DNA of 64,000 bases from Eggerthellaceae bacterium (GTDB lineage Bacteria > Actinomycetota > Coriobacteriia > Coriobacteriales > Eggerthellaceae), in NCBI GenBank assembly GCA_036553105.1, contig JAXKBI010000046.1:3215-67214 (forward strand). The letters run 5' to 3'. The position numbers and the translations under genes were made by a program. Positions 57,698 through 64,000 of the stretch are shown one piece after another. The notes under the pieces were generated by a model, which was not told the DNA's origin, did no database searches, and worked only from the letters and a program-made list of their open reading frames with translations. How positions within the stretch are numbered: the stretch's first letter is position 1; every line of letters begins with the position of its first letter.

Positions 57698-57738
57698 CCG
57701 AAAAGGGCCCTTTGATTAAATCGCAGGACCCTTTTCGG
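57698..57738. terminator. Hairpin between convergent genes
   Basis: CCGAAAAGGGCCCT...AGGACCCTTTTCGG. Confidence 0.55.
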
Positions 57739-57790
57739 AGATGGAGAGAAAGGTGTGAATTCAAAACGCTAATGCGAAGTGCAACGTTTT

Positions 57791-58840
57791 TTATTGAATT
57801 TCTACCACGGCTTCTGTTTCGATGGATTTGAAAATACTATTGATTAACTTAAGCGTATCGAGCGCATCTTCTCCTGAGCAGCGAGGAGTTGTTTCGCGAC
57901 CAAGGGCAAGATCGAGGAAGTGGCTGAGTTCATTGCGTACAGGGTCATTGGACTCGATGCCAAACTTTTTGTGGAAAAGCGGCTTATCCCATCCGTAACC
58001 AAAGGAGTTATCGTAGTAGTACAGATCCATGCTGGGGAACCCAAAGGATCCCTTCGTGCCAAAGACGCGGAGACTATTTTCCGTGGGACACATGCAGAAG
58101 ACGTCGCTTTCATCTGCTAGGATGTCGTAGTTCCATGGGCCGGGAGTGCCATCGCTTAGGAAGTATGTTGCCGTTACGCCACCCTCGTATTCGACAAGCA
58201 CGGATACGTTATCTTCAACTTCATTTCCCCTGACGCTGTTTCGGGCTGCAGCGTACACTTTTTTGGGCTTCATGCCAGTAACATAATTCAAGTCATCGAA
58301 ATCGTGAATGGCGTTAATAAGGAGTGGACCACCGCCTTTGGTGGTGCGCCATTCCATATTGAAGTATTCATGGGGTTTGGCAGTGGCATAGGTGCTTTGA
58401 ATGCCTACGATGTCGCCGATCCAACCTTCATTAAGGACTTGTTTAAGTAATTGGTATTTACTTGAGGAACGGCGGTGGTGACCAATAAGCAGTGTTGCAC
58501 CAGCCTCTTTGCAGGCTTTAATCATGCGCGTTGCTTCTTCTACCGTGCTTGCGATTGGCTTGTCTACAAGGATGTATTTGATGTTTGCGTCAAGGGCATC
58601 GAGTACCGCCACTTCATGTAGTTGGTTTGGAAGTGATATCCAGATAGCATCAAGGGTTTCGTTGGCAAGCAAATCTTTGTAGTCGCAATAAAGGGGGACT
58701 TCCACTTCGGCGGCAACTTGTTCTGCGCGCTCTCCGAAGCCAGCAACTGCGACAAGGTCTGCTTCTTCATTGGCGACACAATCTCGCGCAGTGCGTGCTC
58801 CTTGGTTCAGGCCTAATACTGCAATGCGTATCTTTTTCAT
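57791..58840 (-). CDS. Gfo/Idh/MocA family oxidoreductase
   Basis: IAVLGL, PNQLH, LVDKPIA, GHHRR and GGGPLLINAIHDFD. ATG 58840 behind GGAGG. Confidence 0.9.
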   Translation of the reverse strand: MKKIRIAVLGLNQGARTARDCVANEEADLVAVAGFGERAEQVAAEVEVPLYCDYKDLLANETLDAIWISLPNQLHEVAVLDALDANIKYILVDKPIASTVEEATRMIKACKEAGATLLIGHHRRSSSKYQLLKQVLNEGWIGDIVGIQSTYATAKPHEYFNMEWRTTKGGGPLLINAIHDFDDLNYVTGMKPKKVYAAARNSVRGNEVEDNVSVLVEYEGGVTATYFLSDGTPGPWNYDILADESDVFCMCPTENSLRVFGTKGSFGFPSMDLYYYDNSFGYGWDKPLFHKKFGIESNDPVRNELSHFLDLALGRETTPRCSGEDALDTLKLINSIFKSIETEAVVEIQ

Positions 58841-60569
58841 GGGTTCCTCCTTTATTGCGTTTTCAGAGTAGACGCTTGTTCCGCCTTGTGCGTGGGAATA
58901 ATTAAATTCTACCATTAACTACCATTTATGCAAAAGAAAAGCTCCTCTGTTGCGAAAGATGAAAGCAAGAAATGGTGAGGACGGTATTTTCTTTGGTGTT
59001 CTCGATAGCTCTTGGATCAAGCGCAAGCAGAAAGAAATGGATGATACGATAGAGTAGTCGTCTACACGCAAAACAAAAAAGAAATGATGCAAATGAATCC
59101 ATCTGTTGCCGATAGCACTGCCGCTGTGCAAAAAAACGATGCGTATCGTCAAACTCTTGTCGGTAAGTAATGAGAGACCCACTAAAGCCATGAACTCTAC
59201 TGTGGTTGATGAGTGAGTCATGCATGATAGGAAAAGGTGCTAGTGGTAATGATGGGTTTGATTGTCAAGAAGCAGTTCTAAATTGTCTTTTCTGATACAT
59301 ATGGAAATCGCCGACTCAGAACATATCGGGCAAAAAAGAAGAAGGGTTGTCGGACGCTGCAGCTAAAGTCGACGAGATGAAAACATGGGGGTCGCTAAGC
59401 TGAACATTAAGATGGAGGAATAATTATGGGATGACGCTGTATGCGATTTAAACACAATGACAACTCCACTAATTGTAGTACGTGATCCGCTGTGCTTGCA
59501 GCTGTTTGTAGAGGCTGTAGCGCCTTGATTTCAGTATTCTGCGTTTCTTGAGTACCGTTTTCTCTGACAGTCGAAGTCTTTGTTCGCGTTTCGGTGTCAA
59601 TCGGATTCTCCTGTAGCTGTATGCCAATCGGCTCTGTTTGAGGACATCATTAATAAGCGATTTCGCGGCAGTATATTTGTTATATTCGGGATTCTTGGCG
59701 TGGTGGTACTCGTAGGTGCTGTGCCGACAGCGCTTTTTCGTTTTATTTCGTCGCTTATTTAGTTTTGACCTATTTCACGAGGGTTGTTATTGAGGAATGG
59801 CTAAGTTTCTCGACAATTGTCGATAACCCAGTATCGGAATACTCACTTACGGTTATTTTGCCTTGCTCGTCAGTGAATTGCATTCTCATGACCAAGTCTT
59901 TCTCTTAGCTTGGTTAAGCTTTTTCTGGATTCATGTTGCAAAAGGGTTCTAGTTAAGATGAGGAGCGATCAGATTGCTGTTCTTCGGCCAAAGACACGAT
60001 GGCTTCAGTTCCTTGACCGATCTTTGTTTCTTTTATGCTTGCTCTGGTATACATTGCGGTCATCGCGAGTCGCCGTTAATGTCGTATGAAGCATCGACAC
60101 GTGTTACATGACGTGTTATGTATAATCGAAGAGCGAATGCGCAATGGTGAGAGTTTGCTTGGTCGGCGAGAGAGTCTGCTCCTGCATTGCAGTCGATTGA
60201 ATGTGCGAGTGCGTTTTTATACGGTTTTATTCTTGTTCGTCTGGCTATGGGTGGGCAGACGGCGGAAACCGCCCGCCCCGCGCTCAGCCCAACAACCCTT
60301 CCCTCTGTAGTTTTTCTATATATTCGTCTATCATGGGTAAATTGTGTAGGACTGCGTAGTTTTGCTGAATGTTCGAACGAAGCCGAATGGCCTCAAAATC
60401 GAGTCGGACATTTGGCTCGCTAGTAGATTTACGCGAGTCACGGGCTTGCTTCGCCGTTGCTTACTTTAATGGGTTTGCGAACGGAAAACTTGTCCTTGGG
60501 CTGCATAGGCAGAAAACGGAGATTTCTGCCTGGTCTACAAGGTGGAAGCTAGAAGACAGAGGTATCAAC

Positions 60570-61703
60570 ATGATCCCATTTAACGTTCCCCCCTATGTTG
60601 GAACGGAGCTCTCGTATGTAGGGCAGGCGGTAAAGAACCACAAGATATGCGGAGACGGATCTTTTACCAAGAAATGCCATACGTGGCTCGAGGAAAATCT
60701 TCCGTGTCAAAAGGCTCTTTTGACGACTAGCGGGACAACGGCTCTGGAAATGGCGGCCATCCTGTGTGAGCTTGAGCCAGGGGATGAAGTAATTCTTCCA
60801 AGCTACACTTTCTCTACTACTGCAACAGCATTTGTGCTTGTGGGGGCAAAGCTCGTTTTTGTTGATATTCGTCCAGACACCATGAATATCGATGAAACGA
60901 AAATCGAAGCTGCAATTACAGAAAAAACGCGAGTGATCGTTCCAGTACACTATGCGGGAGTCGCTTGCGAAATGGATACCATCATGAGCATAGCTCAGCG
61001 CTATAACTTGAAGGTTGTGGAAGATGCTGCGCAGGGAGTGATGAGCTTCTATAAAGGAAAAGCGCTCGGCACGATCGGGGATTTCGGCTGCTTCTCCTTC
61101 CATGAGACAAAGAACTACTCCATGGGTGAGGGCGGTGCTCTCATTATCAATAAGGAAGAGTACAACGATCGTGCGGAAATAATTCGCGAAAAAGGTACCA
61201 ATCGATCCCGCTTCTTCCGTGGGCAAGTGGATAAGTACACTTGGGTAGACTACGGTAGCAGCTATTTGCCGAGTGATATGAATGCTGCTTATTTGTGGGG
61301 GCAGTTAGAAGCTGCCGATATAATCAATGATGATCGTTTGGCAACTTGGCACGCGTATCACGAAGCGTTCAAACCTCTGGAGGAACAAGGCAAAACAACG
61401 TTGCCGACCATTCCGGCTGAGTGCGTTCACAATGCGCATATGTTCTACTTAAAGTGCAAGAGCTTAGAAGAACGAACTGATCTTATTGCTTTCCTGAAAG
61501 GGAAGGAAATTCTTCCGACGTTCCATTACATCCCACTGCATTCTTCGCCGGCAGGCATGCGTTTTGGACGATTCGCTGGAACGGACGAAGTAACCACAGC
61601 CGAGAGCGAGAAGCTCGTTCGGCTCCCTCTTTATTACAACATGAAGAAAGATGATCGCGACAGCGTGATTGCTGCGGTGTTGGATTATTACGACGCCAGA
61701 TAA
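60570..61703 (+). CDS. wecE: dTDP-4-amino-4,6-dideoxygalactose transaminase
   Basis: MIPFNVPP, TTSGTTALEMAA, VHYAGVAC, EDAAQG, SFHETKN (PLP Lys) and RGQVDKYTW. Confidence 0.93.
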   Translation: MIPFNVPPYVGTELSYVGQAVKNHKICGDGSFTKKCHTWLEENLPCQKALLTTSGTTALEMAAILCELEPGDEVILPSYTFSTTATAFVLVGAKLVFVDIRPDTMNIDETKIEAAITEKTRVIVPVHYAGVACEMDTIMSIAQRYNLKVVEDAAQGVMSFYKGKALGTIGDFGCFSFHETKNYSMGEGGALIINKEEYNDRAEIIREKGTNRSRFFRGQVDKYTWVDYGSSYLPSDMNAAYLWGQLEAADIINDDRLATWHAYHEAFKPLEEQGKTTLPTIPAECVHNAHMFYLKCKSLEERTDLIAFLKGKEILPTFHYIPLHSSPAGMRFGRFAGTDEVTTAESEKLVRLPLYYNMKKDDRDSVIAAVLDYYDAR

Positions 61704-61744
61704 TGCATCGTGCTGGCAATTTTTAGACGGGCTTAAACAACGAA

Positions 61745-62737
61745 ATGGATCCTGAAGTGAGCAATATTGAAAGTCACATTAAAGTATCGGTAGTAATCCC
61801 GTGTTACTATTCCGCGCAGACAATCGGCAAAGTGGTCCGGCTGACTCGCGATGAATTGGTAAAGGCAGGATACGATTACGAATTTGTTCTTTCGAATGAC
61901 GGCTCAACCGATGGTACGTTTGCAGAAATAACAAGACTTCACGAGGAAGACGAAAAAGTTATTGGGGTGAATCTTGCCCGAAATTTCGGACAGCATAGTG
62001 CGATCATGGCAGGCTTACGTCATGCATCAGGCGATCTGGTTATGCTTATGGATGACGATATGCAAACGCATCCTTCGCAGTGCATTAAATTGCTCGAGGC
62101 TGTAACCGATGATGTCGATGTTGTCTTCGCTACGTTCCCCGATCATCGCGAGTCATGGTGGAGGAGGCTCGGATCGCGTTTCACCGTCTGGAGCATGCGT
62201 GTTCTTACGAAACGTCCAAAGGAAATCGAGTCGAGCAATTTCATGGTCATGCGCGGCTTCATTGCAAAGGAAGTTACCCAGTACGATGGCCCCTATGTGT
62301 ATATTCAGGGTTTGATTTTCCGTGTGACTAATCGAATGGTGAATATTCCCGTAAAGCACTTTGATCGCGAAGTGGGAGTTTCGGGTTATACGCTAAAAAG
62401 CTTGATTCGGCTTTGGTCGACGGTTTTGAATTTCTCGATGGCTCCCTTGCGTTTTGCGGCGGTAGTAGGTCTCATTTTGGGCGGACTTGGACTGCTAGGA
62501 GCCTTGTTCTTGGCTATTCAGCGAATTACCGACCCCACTATTCAACAAGGGTGGAGTTCCTTGATGGTCACTATGCTTGTTTGTTCGGGAATCATAGTCC
62601 TGTTTTTGGGGCTTGTAGGCGAATACTTAGGCAGGCTGTTTATGACCATAAACAAAGCTCCTCAATATGTTTTACGGGAAGTTATTGGTAAAGAACCGTC
62701 TAAAAACGACGCAGTAGATCAGATTAGTGGCAAATAA
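61745..62737 (+). CDS. GT2 glycosyltransferase, GtrB/ArnC-like (undecaprenyl-phosphate glycosyltransferase)
   Basis: SVVIPCY, NDGSTDGT, RNFGQHSA, MDDDMQ and two C-terminal TM helices with GEYLGR. Confidence 0.92.
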   Translation: MDPEVSNIESHIKVSVVIPCYYSAQTIGKVVRLTRDELVKAGYDYEFVLSNDGSTDGTFAEITRLHEEDEKVIGVNLARNFGQHSAIMAGLRHASGDLVMLMDDDMQTHPSQCIKLLEAVTDDVDVVFATFPDHRESWWRRLGSRFTVWSMRVLTKRPKEIESSNFMVMRGFIAKEVTQYDGPYVYIQGLIFRVTNRMVNIPVKHFDREVGVSGYTLKSLIRLWSTVLNFSMAPLRFAAVVGLILGGLGLLGALFLAIQRITDPTIQQGWSSLMVTMLVCSGIIVLFLGLVGEYLGRLFMTINKAPQYVLREVIGKEPSKNDAVDQISGK

Positions 62738-62756
62738 GGAAGAAGGACCAACTGAA

Positions 62757-64000
62757 ATGGCAAATGCGCAGGAGAGGCATCGTCTAGTAGTTCTTGGCTC
62801 TATGGACGAATTCGTGGAGTTGGTTAAGGTTGCGCAAAAGCGCGGCATTTATGTCATTGTTTGTGATGGCTACGAAGATGGTCCTGCTAAAAAGGTGGCT
62901 GACAAAAGCTATACGATCGATGTTCGTAATACGGACGAAATTGCTGAGATGTGCAAAGCGGAGCAGGCAGATGGGATCATTGCGTCGTTTTCGGACTTGC
63001 TTGCGGAATGCTTGGTGAATATCGCCGCGAAAGCAGAGCTGCCTTGCTATTGCACTCCAGAGAAATTTTCCGTGCTGCGTGAAAAGACACTCATGAAGCA
63101 GATGTTCTCCGAGTTGGGAATTGGTACGCCTCGTTCGGTGATCCTTCGCAAAGAAACCCTCGATGGTGACGTTTCGTCCATTGGGCTCCCTTGTGTCGTG
63201 AAGCCGGTAAACGGCTATGGGTCACGTGGAATTTACAAATTCGATGACTTGAAGGACATCGAGGAACACTTTGACGAAGTCGCATCGTATTCGAACTTTG
63301 ATTATATTTTGGCCGAAGAATACAACGATGGATTCGAATTCAATATGATGACCTGGCTTGTTGATGGGGAGCCGCAAGTTCTGAGCATTGCAGACAGGGA
63401 AAAGTCGGTTGAGGTGCCCAACGCGATTCCGCACGTAAGCAGATGTGCGTATCCCAGCAGGCTTATTGATAAGGTGTACGAAGATGCTCGTGCGATCTTG
63501 CGAAAGGTCGCTGCATATGTCGGAATGACTTCAGGACCTCTTTCGATGCAGTTCTTTTATGCGCCTGAAAAAGGGATACAGGTATGTGAGTGCGCAGGAC
63601 GCTTATTTGGTTACGAGCACGAGCTGGTTACCTTGGCGAGCGGTCTTTCGATCGAAGAGCTTTTGGTCGACTATGTGTACGATGAGGAGGCGCTTCGCGA
63701 AAAGCTGGCTAAGCACTCACCGTTCTTTGATACTTGCAGTGCTGGTTTGTATTTCCACGGGTACGAAGGAAAGGTATCAGAGGTCCATGCTCCCGTGGTG
63801 GGCGATGGCACCCATGAGATTCTCAAGTATTATCTACCTGGAGAACAGATAAAGCATGGCGTTGGCGCAAAGCCGTATGCGATCCGTTATTACATAACTG
63901 CGCCAGACCGCGCTACTTTAGACTCGGTTACCGAGCAGCTTTATGGCCAAGTGAAGGTGTTTGATGGGTGCGGGGTAAACTTGCTCTACCAAAATCAAAT
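62757..64000 (+). CDS. ATP-grasp domain protein, 3' end runs off the window
   Basis: Manual translation from ATG 62757: MANAQERHRLVVLGS...VIVCDG...REKTLMKQ...PCVVKPVNGYGSRGI...LAEEY..GFEF...ECAGR. Confidence 0.85.
   Translation, partial: MANAQERHRLVVLGSMDEFVELVKVAQKRGIYVIVCDGYEDGPAKKVADKSYTIDVRNTDEIAEMCKAEQADGIIASFSDLLAECLVNIAAKAELPCYCTPEKFSVLREKTLMKQMFSELGIGTPRSVILRKETLDGDVSSIGLPCVVKPVNGYGSRGIYKFDDLKDIEEHFDEVASYSNFDYILAEEYNDGFEFNMMTWLVDGEPQVLSIADREKSVEVPNAIPHVSRCAYPSRLIDKVYEDARAILRKVAAYVGMTSGPLSMQFFYAPEKGIQVCECAGRLFGYEHELVTLASGLSIEELLVDYVYDEEALREKLAKHSPFFDTCSAGLYFHGYEGKVSEVHAPVVGDGTHEILKYYLPGEQIKHGVGAKPYAIRYYITAPDRATLDSVTEQLYGQVKVFDGCGVNLLYQNQ

Noticed and set aside
60251..60530. Hairpins upstream of wecE (GGCGG-AAA-CCGCC; AGGCAGAAA...TTTCTGCCT)
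   Set aside because: Short stems with no recognisable riboswitch consensus.
1..64000. CRISPR array, rRNA, transposase, integrase or phage genes
   Set aside because: No regularly spaced repeat-spacer array or recognisable motifs seen. The 52-bp array at 35363 has only three degenerate palindromic units and no cas genes.

Overview
64 kb of chromosome from a GC-rich anaerobic Actinomycetota. The gene content and Tat/lipoprotein style suggest Coriobacteriia (Eggerthellaceae-like); this is inference. The left ~39 kb is mostly housekeeping and transport: a polar amino-acid ABC transporter, a glycolipid glycosyltransferase, a PEP-synthase-like protein, tRNA-Thr(CGT), a probable nickel ABC importer, a MetE-like protein, a CoA-transferase, gltA, pyrE, an aldo/keto reductase, a CNNM/CorC protein, a Fic protein and a sortase-anchored 5'-nucleotidase. 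An integrase-less islet follows the tRNA. It carries an MmeI-like R-M enzyme with two G9 tracts and an unannotated type I toxin-antitoxin cassette. Intergenic DNA is rich in structure: a ~235-nt near-perfect hairpin with a possible pseudoknot after pyrE, two copies of a ~200-bp inverted-repeat element, a 3 x 52-bp palindrome array before the Fic gene, tandem NikR-like boxes, a MerR-type promoter and a DSD-starting leader ORF. From ~39 to 59 kb lies an accessory cluster (OYE reductase, family III CoA-transferase, MFS/AEC/TRAP transporters, two LysR, YdiB-like dehydrogenase, acyl-CoA dehydrogenase, AroD, VOC, Gfo/Idh/MocA) that looks like an undescribed anaerobic CoA-dependent quinate/shikimate pathway. 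The window ends in a wecE - GT2 - ATP-grasp surface-glycan locus. I saw no CRISPR array, rRNA, transposase or integrase. All calls come from reading the sequence; no database searches were run.
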